From an uncultured Verrucomicrobiae bacterium (GTDB lineage: Bacteria; Verrucomicrobiota; Verrucomicrobiia; Chthoniobacterales; JAFAMB01), in NCBI GenBank assembly GCA_963837955.1, contig CAWIPH010000002.1, positions 4,256,001 through 4,320,000 of the forward strand: 64,000 nt of DNA, written 5' to 3'. The position numbers and the translations under genes are program-made. Every line of letters begins with the position of its first letter. The stretch's first letter is position 1. The notes beneath the pieces are model-generated. The model was not told where the DNA came from. It saw only the letters and a list, made by a program, of their open reading frames with translations, and ran no database searches. This document shows positions 19,275 to 29,407 of this stretch, one piece after another.

Positions 19275-20594
19275 TCAGGAGGTTTCCGCGCTGTGGTCGA
19301 CGGTAGCATTCGAGGTCAGGAAATCAAGGACCTTACCGATCTGGATCTCTTCGTAGATCTGCGGAATAGCCCCTTTCCGATCGAGTTCAGCCATCGTTTT
19401 GTCGAAGGTCATGCGATACTGCGTGGCAAGTTCTCCTACCCGGCGTTTTACGTCATTCGCCGTCACCTCGATCTTTTCTTTTTCCCCGATTCGGGTCAGA
19501 ATAAAACTGGCCTTAAGCCGGTCTTTAGCGCTGCGCGACGCCGTGTCAACGATCTCCTTCCCACTCTCCCGCAATAGCTCCTCGCTGACGCCCCTTTGCT
19601 GGTTGTGCTCAACGATCTCGGACATTATACGCCGCGTTTCGTCTCTCACGTAGCTCTGCGGCAATTCGCACTCTACGTTCTTTACCAGATAATCGATTAT
19701 TTGGGTGCGTTTCTGCGCATTTGCTTCTCGAACCCGTTCTTCCTGCATTCTCGACCGCACCAGATCACGCAATTTTTCGACCGTGAGACCTTCGGCCACT
19801 TGAGCGGCAAACTCATCGGTCAACTCTGGCAGATCCATTTTCTTCAGGGCCTTCAAATTAACCCGAAAATGAACGACTTTGCCGGCCAAACTTTCGGTCG
19901 GGAAGTTGTCGGGAACAGGCACGTCAAATTCCCGAGTCTCGCCGACCTGCATTCCGACCAATGATGGCGCGAATCCTGGCAATAAGATGTCATCCTCTGC
20001 TCGGATCCAAAAATCATCATTGCCATTCAAGATCTTAGGCGCATCGGGAAACGCTTCCGACAGCGGCTGGCCCTCCACTGACGTGGCAAAATCGATAACG
20101 GCGAAGCTACCCATATCCAGCGGCTGTCCCTCGAGTTCGCTAAACGTTGCGTGGCGCTCGCGGAGCCGGTTCAAGGAAGCCTCTACCTCTTCCTCGGTGG
20201 CTTCGCTCGTCGGTGCCTTGACCGGGATACCCTTGTATTCCGGCAGCTCGAACTCCGGAGTAGTTATGAGGGTCGCAGTAAAACGCATGCTGCGCTCCGG
20301 CGTAAACTCGACGTCGTCGACATTAGATACGGACAGCACTTTTAGTCCTTTTTCTCGGATCGCCTCTCTGGTCGTCTCTTGAACGAGCTTACGAGTAAGC
20401 TCTTCCTGGATTTCCTTGCGGTACTTGGCCTCGACGACATTTTGGGGAGCTTTGCCCGGTCGAAATCCGGGGATGCGCGCGGCTTGGCGAAAACCTTTTA
20501 CGACTTCGTTCCACTCCTGCTTGACCCGCTCTGGCGGGAGTTCCACATGCATGGAGGCTAGGCAATTCGGCAATTGTTCTACGTCTACGTTCAT
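19275..20594 (-). CDS. tig: Trigger factor
   Basis: [10 protein letters not shown] ribosome-binding motif; tig-clpP-clpX order. Confidence 0.95.
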   Translation of the reverse strand: MNVDVEQLPNCLASMHVELPPERVKQEWNEVVKGFRQAARIPGFRPGKAPQNVVEAKYRKEIQEELTRKLVQETTREAIREKGLKVLSVSNVDDVEFTPERSMRFTATLITTPEFELPEYKGIPVKAPTSEATEEEVEASLNRLRERHATFSELEGQPLDMGSFAVIDFATSVEGQPLSEAFPDAPKILNGNDDFWIRAEDDILLPGFAPSLVGMQVGETREFDVPVPDNFPTESLAGKVVHFRVNLKALKKMDLPELTDEFAAQVAEGLTVEKLRDLVRSRMQEERVREANAQKRTQIIDYLVKNVECELPQSYVRDETRRIMSEIVEHNQQRGVSEELLRESGKEIVDTASRSAKDRLKASFILTRIGEKEKIEVTANDVKRRVGELATQYRMTFDKTMAELDRKGAIPQIYEEIQIGKVLDFLTSNATVDHSAETS

Positions 20595-20677
20595 GAAATC
20601 TGAAGAAATCAGACGCTAATACTGATCCGCGCGACCAGCAAGTCGCCTGTGGATACCCTGACTGGTAGGGACTCCCC

Positions 20678-21949
20678 TTACATCTCGTTTTCCGACAGCC
20701 AATGTTGGACCTTGTCCTCTTTCACCGAGCCTACAACCGCGATCCCCAGACGCTCCGGGCAAAAACAGAGACGGGCCACGGATTGAACCGCCTCCGGCGT
20801 TACGCTCTTTACCTTGGTTTGTACCTCTTCCGGATCGATCACGTAATCGTAGGCAATGAGCGATTCGCCCATCCACATGATCTGATTAGTCGTACTCTCC
20901 AGGCTGAGCTCATTCTGCCCCAACGTGTACTGTTGCGCTTGCCGAAGTTCCTTTTTAGTCGGCGGCCGCTCCTTAAACTTTTCCAACTCGCGATTAATGG
21001 CGCGCAACGCTCGTCGGAACTTTGTTGATTCAAGTCCTACACAAATACTCACTAATCCAGAGTCCTCGAGCACCAAAGTGCCGCTATTGATCGAGTAACA
21101 AAAAGCATAGCGTTCCCGGAGTTGCTGAAATAACCGCGAGCTCATGTTTTCGCCAAGGATCACGCTCAGCAATTTGAGCGCGTGCCGTCGATTATCAGTA
21201 CGGCTGATCGCGTGATAGCCAAGCGCCAGGTGCGTCTGCTCGGTATCTTCCGTGGCCACAATGAGGCGTTTATTTCTTTGCGAGCCGTTCCATGGCTCAA
21301 ACTCCGGGGCTTTCCCGGCCGGGAGATCTTCAAATCCACTGGCAAAGATTTGGACCACCTCATCGTGGTTGCAGCGTCCCGCTACGGTGACGACCGTACT
21401 ACGCCCATTGTAATTACGCCCTACGTATTCAAGCAATTCTGGGCGCCCGATTCGTCCGATCGACTCCATCGAACCGGTTAACGGCCGACCCAAAGCGTGA
21501 GATGGCCAGATCGCCTCGCTCAACAGTTCCTGAGAAAATTGGGCTGGTTGGTCCCGGTACATCAAGATTTCTTCCCGGATAACATCTCGTTCGCGCTCAA
21601 TCTCGTTCTCCGCAAATACGGAGTTTCGGAACATATCGATCAAAATTTCTGCCAAAACCGGCAGGTGGGGGGCAGCCGCTTTAGCGTAAAAGCAAGTGTG
21701 ATCCTCGGTAGTAAACGCGTTGATGAACCCGCCTAACCCTTCGACCGCCTCCGTAAGGTTACGAGCAGTCCTGGTCTCAGTGCCCTTGAACAAAAGGTGC
21801 TCCAAGAAATGCGAGATCCCGCACAGCTCCTCGGGTTCGTGCCGGCCTCCGACGCCAACCCAAACGCCAACGCTCACGCTCTTCATTTGGGGCATCTCGC
21901 ACGTAGCAATACGCACCCCGTTTTTTAGCCTACTGGTTCGATAAAACAT
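20678..21949 (-). CDS. M16 family (pitrilysin-like) zinc peptidase
   Basis: HFLEH inverted zinc motif, NAFT, SSRLFQ.LRE. Confidence 0.93.
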   Translation of the reverse strand: MFYRTSRLKNGVRIATCEMPQMKSVSVGVWVGVGGRHEPEELCGISHFLEHLLFKGTETRTARNLTEAVEGLGGFINAFTTEDHTCFYAKAAAPHLPVLAEILIDMFRNSVFAENEIERERDVIREEILMYRDQPAQFSQELLSEAIWPSHALGRPLTGSMESIGRIGRPELLEYVGRNYNGRSTVVTVAGRCNHDEVVQIFASGFEDLPAGKAPEFEPWNGSQRNKRLIVATEDTEQTHLALGYHAISRTDNRRHALKLLSVILGENMSSRLFQQLRERYAFCYSINSGTLVLEDSGLVSICVGLESTKFRRALRAINRELEKFKERPPTKKELRQAQQYTLGQNELSLESTTNQIMWMGESLIAYDYVIDPEEVQTKVKSVTPEAVQSVARLCFCPERLGIAVVGSVKEDKVQHWLSENEM

Positions 21950-21956
21950 CAGTCGA

Positions 21957-22682
21957 TTACTGAGCGATAGGACCTAAAACAGTCACATCTTTCTTCGCTC
22001 TTTCACTAGACTCTAAGTTGAACAAGATTTGCGCCAAATCTAGATCTCTCGGGTAAGTTATCTTTAGGTTCCATTCCGGATTCGTCAACAACCTCACTGG
22101 AAATCCGGCTTTTTGCACCGCCGAAACCTCGTCGGTAACCGCTATATCGCTTGCCAACACTGCCTCATAGGCCTTCACCAGCCATTCGCGACGAAAGACT
22201 TGGGGGGTCTGCATCGTCCACAAGCCAACCCTTTCAACGCTGTCGATCACTCGCTGCTCTTCGTTCGCCCGCTTTATTGTTTCGACGATCGGAGCAGCCA
22301 GCGAAACGGCGCCGTGTTCGCGAGCCTCCTGAACGGCCAAAGAAATTAACTCCGAAGTAATGAGGGGCCGGGCGCCATCATGAACGGCGACGAACTCCGC
22401 TTTCGGATTAATCGCTTGTAGACCAGCATAAACCGAGAGATGACGCTGCGCGCCGCCAGCCACAACTCGACTGACCTTGTTGATACCATGATCCGCAGCC
22501 AATGAACCGAATTGCTTCAAGCGATCGGAATGGGCAACCAAAACAATTTCTTCGACATCCGAGCAATTTTCGAATCGTTGGAGCGTACGAATAAACACAG
22601 GGCAGCCTGCCAACGAAGCTGTCAGTTTATCAAATCCCATCCGCTGGCTAGTCCCGGCGGCAACGACAATCGCAGATGTCAT
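21957..22682 (-). CDS. ispD: 2-C-methyl-D-erythritol 4-phosphate cytidylyltransferase
   Basis: AAGTSQRMG..K, HDGARP, QTPQ, KITYPRD. Confidence 0.95.
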   Translation of the reverse strand: MTSAIVVAAGTSQRMGFDKLTASLAGCPVFIRTLQRFENCSDVEEIVLVAHSDRLKQFGSLAADHGINKVSRVVAGGAQRHLSVYAGLQAINPKAEFVAVHDGARPLITSELISLAVQEAREHGAVSLAAPIVETIKRANEEQRVIDSVERVGLWTMQTPQVFRREWLVKAYEAVLASDIAVTDEVSAVQKAGFPVRLLTNPEWNLKITYPRDLDLAQILFNLESSERAKKDVTVLGPIAQ

Positions 22683-22764
22683 GACAATACCAGCCTCCCT
22701 GGGCTTCAGAGAGCGCCGGATCGAAACCGGGTATTCATGGATCATTTCGCAAAAATAACAAGAA

Positions 22765-23217
22765 TTAACTTAATGCTTTTTGGACCGCCTCGCTTAACGT
22801 TTTGCCGTCCGCCCGACCCGCTGCTTTTTCGTTCGCAATTTTCATGACCTGACCCATTTGCGCCTTCGAAGTTGCTCCGGATTCGGCAATCGCCGCCTGC
22901 ACGATGTTGGCAATCTCTTCGGACGTCAGTGGCTGCGGTAAATAATCAGCCAAAATTTTCATCTCCCTCCGCTCCTTCTCGGCTAACTCGGGTCTCCCTC
23001 CCTTTTCAAACCCCGCAACGGAGTCTTGCCGCTGTTTCATTTGCTTGCGGAGCACCGCAATCGTGTCAGAATCCGCCAACTTACCTCCGGCGCCATGTTT
23101 CTCAATGGCAGCATTCATTATTGCCGATTTAACCATACGGAGTACGGACAGCCGCTCAGCTTCTTTAGCCCGCATAGCCTCTTTTAGATCAGAATCGATC
23201 TTTTCTTGGATCGTCAT
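22765..23217 (-). CDS. GatB/YqeY domain protein
   Basis: LKEAMRAK, KQRQDS, YLPQPL, MGQVM, GRADGK. Confidence 0.92.
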   Translation of the reverse strand: MTIQEKIDSDLKEAMRAKEAERLSVLRMVKSAIMNAAIEKHGAGGKLADSDTIAVLRKQMKQRQDSVAGFEKGGRPELAEKERREMKILADYLPQPLTSEEIANIVQAAIAESGATSKAQMGQVMKIANEKAAGRADGKTLSEAVQKALS

Positions 23218-23416
23218 GGAGCGAACCTAGACAACGAGTGCTTTACTGCAAGATCCAGCCCAAAGCGCGGCTCATGTTTCCTATGCCTTCAGCCCCCCAA
23301 CGGCTGGCTGCCGAGATTCGCCAATGACGGCAGAACCGTGACACGCCGGCGTCCCCTGATTGTGACAATTATAGGAATCTTCTGGCTCATTCGGCCGAAT
23401 ATAGCAAAATAGAGCA

Positions 23417-24331
23417 ATGCGTTTGCCGAGCCGTTTAATAACGCTTCTGCTGCTTTCGACGGCGTTGAGCGGAATCGCCTGGAGCCTCCCTTTTTCCACA
23501 GTCTTCCGAGGCCAATCGAAATTCAATGCACTGGTTGCACAGGCTGAACAACAAAACTGGCGAGCGCTTCCTCTCGGCGACCGGATAATCGCTGTGGCAA
23601 AGACTTTCTTAGGCACGCGTTACGTGAATTACACCTTGGAAATCGACGATCATGTCGAGGCACCTTCCGTGAATATGGATGGGTTGGATTGTTGGACCTT
23701 TTTCGAAATCTCGGTCGGTTTTGCCCGGATGCTGGAAATGAAAGGCAGCAACTATACCCCGAGTGATCTGCTCGCAATGATCGAGTTGGATCGTTACCGG
23801 GGAGGTCGCTGTAACGGCAGTTATACCTCCCGCCTCCATTTTCTGGAAGACTGGATTTACGACAATGAGCGACGTGGTTTAGTCAAGAATCTGACAGTCT
23901 CCCTGGGCGGCGTGCCGATGCGTGGGCGCTACCTCAACGAAATGAGCCACCACTGGCGTGAATCTCGATATATGCGCCACAATCTGGAGTTGGTACCGCA
24001 GATCGCGGCGATTGAGCAGCGTGTTGCGTCTCGCAACGTCTATCACATCCCGCGCGAACAGGTGTCGGGCATCGATTCAAAGATTCGCAACGGAGACGTT
24101 ATCTGCATTACCGGCCGAGGGCCCGAGGGTTTTACCGAGCATGTAGGTCTGGCTTATCGTGACCAAGCTGGAGTTCTCCGCTTCCTGCATGCCTCCAAAG
24201 ACGAACGGCAAGTGGTTATCGATGTTCCTCTCCGCCAATATGTCTACCGCTATCACAAATTTGCCGGCATTATGGTCGTGCGACCTTTGGACGTATCCTC
24301 TGCCGGTTTGTCGCGCGTAGCGGAGAACTAG
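23417..24331 (+). CDS. Secreted NlpC/P60-fold N-acetylmuramoyl-L-alanine amidase-like protein (DUF1460)
   Basis: Signal peptide, FLGTRY, LDCWTF, RLHFLEDW, HVG, LHAS. Confidence 0.82.
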   Translation: MRLPSRLITLLLLSTALSGIAWSLPFSTVFRGQSKFNALVAQAEQQNWRALPLGDRIIAVAKTFLGTRYVNYTLEIDDHVEAPSVNMDGLDCWTFFEISVGFARMLEMKGSNYTPSDLLAMIELDRYRGGRCNGSYTSRLHFLEDWIYDNERRGLVKNLTVSLGGVPMRGRYLNEMSHHWRESRYMRHNLELVPQIAAIEQRVASRNVYHIPREQVSGIDSKIRNGDVICITGRGPEGFTEHVGLAYRDQAGVLRFLHASKDERQVVIDVPLRQYVYRYHKFAGIMVVRPLDVSSAGLSRVAEN

Positions 24332-24666
24332 GGAGTAGCCTGATGCTCCAGCCTCAGGGATCCAACCGTCCGCAAGCCTGAAAAAGTCAGACAGTTGAAC
24401 TCTTAGACGCATTGCGTCCTCGGTTCCTGAGCCGGGAGGATCAGGCTACGACGTGTCCTCTGCCGGTTTGTCGCGCGTAGCGGAGAGTAGCCTGATGCTC
24501 CAGCCTCAGGGACCCAACCGTCCGCAAGCCTGAAAAAAGTCACACAGTTGAACTCTTAGACGCATTGCGTCCTCGGTTCCTGAGCCGGAGGATCAGGCTA
24601 CGACGTGTCCTCTGCCGGTTTGTCGCGCGTAGCGGAGAACTAGGGAGTAGCCTGATGCTCCAGCCT
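24290..24666 (+). repeat. Tandem repeat of about 2.4 units (160, 152 and about 65 bp) containing inverted GTAG-type REP pairs
   Basis: Units start at 24290, 24450 and 24602 and are nearly identical. Confidence 0.93.
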
Positions 24667-24851
24667 TCGTCCCCCCACCCACAACTACGGCGGACAAGCC
24701 AGCCTCAGGGCTGCAGCGATGGTGAGAAATGATCGGTGAATGGTGAATGCCTATCGGCAAATCCTCGGAGAAATCTCCCACCGCCCTCTCACTAATCTAG
24801 TCACCAATCACTGACATGCTTCCTGAGCCGACTATTTTGCCAGCGTAAATA

Positions 24852-24865
24852 TGTTCGCTTGAACA
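24852..24865. promoter_or_regulatory. Verrucomicrobial LexA-type SOS box
   Basis: TGTTC-gctt-GAACA within palindrome atatgttc..gaacatat, ending 27 bp before the radical SAM ATG. Confidence 0.82.
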
Positions 24866-24892
24866 TATAGCATTCTAGGCCGATCATCATTC

Positions 24893-25972
24893 ATGAGCTT
24901 CGGTGTCGACCCTTCCGGAAACCGGCCTGGGCCTCGTGGTCGCGGGGCGACGATAAATCCGGCCGATCGATTCACTGCTTTGCGCTACGAGCAGGACGAA
25001 TTCAGCGCTGCCGAAGATGCGCGTCCGCTCCCGACGGAATTTTTTCGCGACGACTCCCAATCAATCATATCGCGGAACAACAGCCCTGATGTCGGGTTTG
25101 AGACGAGCTTGAATCCATACCGCGGCTGCGAGCATGGGTGCGCTTACTGTTACGCCAGACCCACCCACGAATACCTGGGATTTTCGGCCGGCCTGGATTT
25201 CGAATCTAAGATCCTCGTAAAACTGAATGCCGGATCATTGCTTCGCGCCGAGCTGAGCAAGCTGAGTTGGAAACCGCAAGTTCTGGTTATGAGCGGTGTG
25301 ACCGACTGTTATCAACCGATTGAGCGCAAACTAAAATTAACGCGCTCGTGCCTAGAGGTACTAGCGGAGTTTCGTAATCCAGCCGCGATCGTAACCAAAA
25401 ATTTTCTCGTAACCCGCGACCTCGACCTCCTCCAAAGCCTGGCCAAATACGATGCGGCGATTGTTACCATATCCATTACTACGCTAGACGCGGATCTCGC
25501 CACAAAATTGGAGCCACGAGCTTCGACTCCCCGAGCGCGGCTGGCTGCGGTCCGCGAACTCGCGGGCGCCGGTATCCCGGTTGGCGTGAACGTGGCGCCG
25601 ATCATTCCAGGATTAACCGATCACGAGATTCCCCACATTATTCAGGCTGCAGCCGAGGCAGGGGCTCGCTGCGCACACTACACGATCGTGCGACTACCTC
25701 TGGCAGTCTCTCAAATCTTCCCTGCGTGGCTGAGATCGCATTTCCCCGATCGAGCAGAGACGGTTCTTGGCCGGATTCGCTCGATGCGCGATGGAAAGCT
25801 AAATTCTTCTGAATTCGGCCGACGAATGCGTGGGGAGGGTTTGCTCGCGGAACAGATTCGACAACTGTTTCAGGTCGTATGCCGTCGGTTTGGTCTTAAT
25901 GAACGAGATTTTCAGCTGAGTTGTGACTCGTTCCAACGCGTCGAGAAAAATCAGCTATCGCTGGGATTGTAG
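24893..25972 (+). CDS. PA0069/SplB-like radical SAM DNA repair protein
   Basis: NPYRGCEHGCAYCYAR (CxxxCxxC), TDCYQP.E. Confidence 0.92.
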   Translation: MSFGVDPSGNRPGPRGRGATINPADRFTALRYEQDEFSAAEDARPLPTEFFRDDSQSIISRNNSPDVGFETSLNPYRGCEHGCAYCYARPTHEYLGFSAGLDFESKILVKLNAGSLLRAELSKLSWKPQVLVMSGVTDCYQPIERKLKLTRSCLEVLAEFRNPAAIVTKNFLVTRDLDLLQSLAKYDAAIVTISITTLDADLATKLEPRASTPRARLAAVRELAGAGIPVGVNVAPIIPGLTDHEIPHIIQAAAEAGARCAHYTIVRLPLAVSQIFPAWLRSHFPDRAETVLGRIRSMRDGKLNSSEFGRRMRGEGLLAEQIRQLFQVVCRRFGLNERDFQLSCDSFQRVEKNQLSLGL

Positions 25973-25982
25973 GTCACCGTTC

Positions 25983-26251
25983 GGTAGGGCGAAAACCTGA
26001 TCCGGCAGGCGCCGGATCGGTTTGAGCCGTTTCCGGTCTACTACCTAGCGATGTTTGCATTATCCATCTGAGAGCTCGACCAGCCGCCGTTAGTCACAAG
26101 AAAAACGCAACAAAAGGTCGCACGCGCGCCTCAAACCCAGCGCGAGTCACATCATATCGCAACATTTCTGCGCGCCCTTAGCCCTGAGGATATGGGCATC
26201 CAAACGAGTGGCCGCGACGAAGGCTTTGCGGAGTCGGGTTTTCGCCCTACC
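25983..26251. repeat. Inverted pair of GTAGGGCGAAAACC REP-like repeats
   Basis: ggtagggcgaaaacctga at 25983 and its reverse complement ending at 26251; third copy at 47330-47353. Confidence 0.75.
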
Positions 26252-26333
26252 AGCCTGGTGCAGCTATATCCGATTTGGCCGAACTCGACCTCTTGACTAG
26301 AAACAGTTTTTCCCGTTTTCTGCGGCTCCACCG

Positions 26334-27413
26334 ATGGCTCAAACGACCGAACTACCAGCGATGAGGGCGAATACGGACGCGCGCCGGTTCCATCATCGAA
26401 AAGCAATCCTGCTTTTGATTTTGGCCTGTCTATTTTGGGGCATCAGCTTCCCGACAGGTAAAGCCTTAACGCAGCTCTACCTCCAATCGATCAATGAGGC
26501 ATCCAGCTGGTTTGTAGTGAGTCTGCAAGGAGCTATTCGCTTTCTTCTCGCGGGTCTGCTGATGGTGCCGTTCGGCTGGCGGGAGCTCCGAACGCTTGAT
26601 AGCCAAGAACTCTTACAGGGCTTTGGCCTCGGACTCTTTGGCGGAGCAGGGATGCTCTTGCAAATGGACGGCCTTGCCTACACCTCTGCTTCGGTCTCTG
26701 CATTCCTGACCCAGGCTTATTGCATTCTCCTTCCGATCTACCATTTCTCGCGTACCCGAAGGCTGCCGGCATTCCGCGATTTCTTAGCGATATTCATGGT
26801 GATTACCGGCATCGCCATCCTGGCTAATGTTGATTGGAAAACATTCAAAATCGGTCGAGGTGAATTGGAGACGCTCGTCAGCGCAGTCTTCTTCACTTTT
26901 CAAATCCTTTGGTTGGAGCGGCCGGCGTTTCGGCGAAACCGTACGCGCGTCGTTTCTACGACGATGTTTTTGTCAATGGGGTTGATTTTCGGCGTCGCGG
27001 CATTTTGCACACATCCGAATGGATTCAATTGCGCTGAGGCGCTCAATTCGTTTCCGAAAGTTTTCCTCACGCTCTTGCTCGTATTTTTTTGCACGCTTCT
27101 CGCCTTCAACCTGATGAACCATTGCCAGCCGGCAATTAGCTCAACCGAGGCCGGAATTGTGTACACCACCGAACCGCTGTTTGCCTCGCTGTTCGCTCTT
27201 TTCCTGCCGGCGCAGTTCAGCGCCTTGACGAATATTGATTACGCTAACGAGCAGTTCTCATTAACCTTGCTGACGGGCGGCGGGCTCATCCTGCTCGCAA
27301 ATCTCATCCTGCAAATTCGCTCTGGAAAAGCGATACCGCCTGTCGCGGAAGTCAGGACGACAACTGAAATATCACCGGAATCCCCTCCGGGGATTCAAAA
27401 ACCGATTTCTTGA
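26334..27413 (+). CDS. DMT/EamA family transporter
   Basis: FWGISF, IRFLLA, EPLFASLF, about 10 TM segments; start may be 26361. Confidence 0.88.
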   Translation: MAQTTELPAMRANTDARRFHHRKAILLLILACLFWGISFPTGKALTQLYLQSINEASSWFVVSLQGAIRFLLAGLLMVPFGWRELRTLDSQELLQGFGLGLFGGAGMLLQMDGLAYTSASVSAFLTQAYCILLPIYHFSRTRRLPAFRDFLAIFMVITGIAILANVDWKTFKIGRGELETLVSAVFFTFQILWLERPAFRRNRTRVVSTTMFLSMGLIFGVAAFCTHPNGFNCAEALNSFPKVFLTLLLVFFCTLLAFNLMNHCQPAISSTEAGIVYTTEPLFASLFALFLPAQFSALTNIDYANEQFSLTLLTGGGLILLANLILQIRSGKAIPPVAEVRTTTEISPESPPGIQKPIS

Positions 27414-27444
27414 CGGCTCTGCCTAGAACGAACGAGTTTAAACC

Positions 27445-28509
27445 ATGCGCGCTTTTGGTTTGGCGATTATCATCTTAGCGTTCGGGCCGGTCGCTCCCGG
27501 CCAAGATTCCGTCGACACGGATTGGACGAAGCTCGTCCAACTCGAAAAACGCTGTGAGGAGAGACCCGGAGCCGGCGAAAATGCCGTCGAGTTTTACGCT
27601 CAGCGAGAACGCGATCTCTACGAAGCGGCTCGAGTCTACCTGCAGAATTACCCGAACGACGCTCATGCTGGGACAGCACTGGCATGGAAACTCAAGAATG
27701 CGGATTTTTCTGGATCGGCCACCGACCGCAATAGTTTGCTTGATCAATTAGAAAATGAGGCTCGCAGTTTTGTCGCCAGCCATTCATTGCCTGCCGAATT
27801 ACGGCAGCAAATCGTTGTTACGTTGATTCATCAGCGACTTAACAACGATGACTTGATCACGACAGACTCGGCCCCGCATTTGGAACAACAAATTGCGGAT
27901 TACTTGCAGGAGAATCCCGCTGATCCCAAAAAGATTTCCCTCGAGCTGGCCCGCGCAAATCTGCTCTATCGACTGGACGCCCAAAAGGCTAAGTCTTTCT
28001 TAGAGAAGCTGCTCGGTGATCCTGATCAGCAGCTGGCGCAAGCCGCCCGGGTGCGATTAGCGAAGGTTGAGCTACTAGGCCGACCTCTCGATTTACGTTT
28101 TACGGCGACAAACGGGACCACGGTTGATCTTGGGCAACTACGCGGAAAAGTCATACTGATCGATTTCTGGGCTTCGTGGTGTCCTGACTGTGTCCGAGAG
28201 CTGCCCGAAATACAGAAGCTCGATCAGGCTTACCGATCCTCCGGTTTGCTGATACTTGGAATTTCCTTGGATCGCGACCGCCAGGCGATGGCGAACTTTG
28301 TCGTCAAGAAATCAATCAGTTGGCCGATTTATTTCGACGGCAAAGGTTGGGATAACGCGTACGCCGTGCAATATAGCGTGCGGTCGATTCCGGAGATTTG
28401 GTTAATTAACAAGGATGGAATCGTCGAAACCACTTCTGCTGATATTTCAAGCCTCGACGCAACCGTGCAGCGACTGTTGAAGACCTCGCAAATCGTAAAG
28501 GCTCCCTAA
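27445..28509 (+). CDS. Exported TlpA-family thiol-disulfide oxidoreductase with helical N-terminal domain
   Basis: Signal peptide, DFWASWCPDC, SIP. Confidence 0.9.
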   Translation: MRAFGLAIIILAFGPVAPGQDSVDTDWTKLVQLEKRCEERPGAGENAVEFYAQRERDLYEAARVYLQNYPNDAHAGTALAWKLKNADFSGSATDRNSLLDQLENEARSFVASHSLPAELRQQIVVTLIHQRLNNDDLITTDSAPHLEQQIADYLQENPADPKKISLELARANLLYRLDAQKAKSFLEKLLGDPDQQLAQAARVRLAKVELLGRPLDLRFTATNGTTVDLGQLRGKVILIDFWASWCPDCVRELPEIQKLDQAYRSSGLLILGISLDRDRQAMANFVVKKSISWPIYFDGKGWDNAYAVQYSVRSIPEIWLINKDGIVETTSADISSLDATVQRLLKTSQIVKAP

Positions 28510-28533
28510 ATCCTTCCCGTTGATCACTCTTCC

Positions 28534-29403
28534 ATGAACGACCAACCGGCCGCGATCGGCATAATCGGCGGGAGCGGCCTTTACCAGATTGAAGGTATCG
28601 CCGCGCCGAAAGAGCTTCAGGTCGAGACTCCGTTTGGAAAGCCGTCGGACGCTATCATCTCCGGAACTCTGCACGGGCGCTCAGTTTTCTTTCTCCCGCG
28701 ACACGCTCGCGGACACCGAATATTGCCGACGGAACTGAATCACCGGGCCAATATCTATGCCCTGCGCACACTCAACGTGCGATGGATTATCAGCATTGGT
28801 GCGGTAGGTAGTTTGCAGGAGCAGTATCGCCCACGGGATATCCTGCTGCCGGATCAATTTTTTGATCGCACCAGCCAGAGAGCTAACGCGACCTTCTTCG
28901 GCGAAGGGATAGTCGCCCACGTCGCACTAGCCGATCCAGTCAGCACCTCATTGCGCACGATCATCGCTGAAGAAGCAACGGCTCTCGGATACCGGGTTCA
29001 GAACGGCGGCACTTACATCAACATGGACGGTCCCGCATTTTCGACCCGGGCGGAATCGGACTTTCATCGGCGAATGGGATTTGATGTGATCGGTATGACT
29101 AACTCGCCAGAAGCAAAGCTATCGCGAGAGGCGGAGATCGCGTTTGCTTCGATCTGTTTCATAACCGATTACGACTGCTGGAAAGTCGACGACGAGCCGG
29201 TGAACGCTCAGACAATCATCGGACATCTGCTGACGAATGCTGATGCGGCTCGCCGTATATTACCAACCATCATTCGGAGAATTCCCAACGAGCCAACCTG
29301 GCCTGAACATCGAGCCCTTGACTTCGCTCTGGTGACTGATCGGAAACTTTGGCCGGAATTGACGGTTAAGAAGTTAGAAGTCATTCTCAAACGTTTCCTT
29401 TAA
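28534..29403 (+). CDS. mtnP: S-methyl-5'-thioadenosine phosphorylase
   Basis: GIIGGSG, PRH, GPAFSTRAES, GMT, TDYDCW. Confidence 0.94.
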   Translation: MNDQPAAIGIIGGSGLYQIEGIAAPKELQVETPFGKPSDAIISGTLHGRSVFFLPRHARGHRILPTELNHRANIYALRTLNVRWIISIGAVGSLQEQYRPRDILLPDQFFDRTSQRANATFFGEGIVAHVALADPVSTSLRTIIAEEATALGYRVQNGGTYINMDGPAFSTRAESDFHRRMGFDVIGMTNSPEAKLSREAEIAFASICFITDYDCWKVDDEPVNAQTIIGHLLTNADAARRILPTIIRRIPNEPTWPEHRALDFALVTDRKLWPELTVKKLEVILKRFL

Positions 29404-29407
29404 TCTC

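Noticed and set aside
24290..24666. Possible CRISPR array
   Set aside because: The intervening sequences are near-identical rather than unique spacers, units are 150-160 bp, and no cas genes are present
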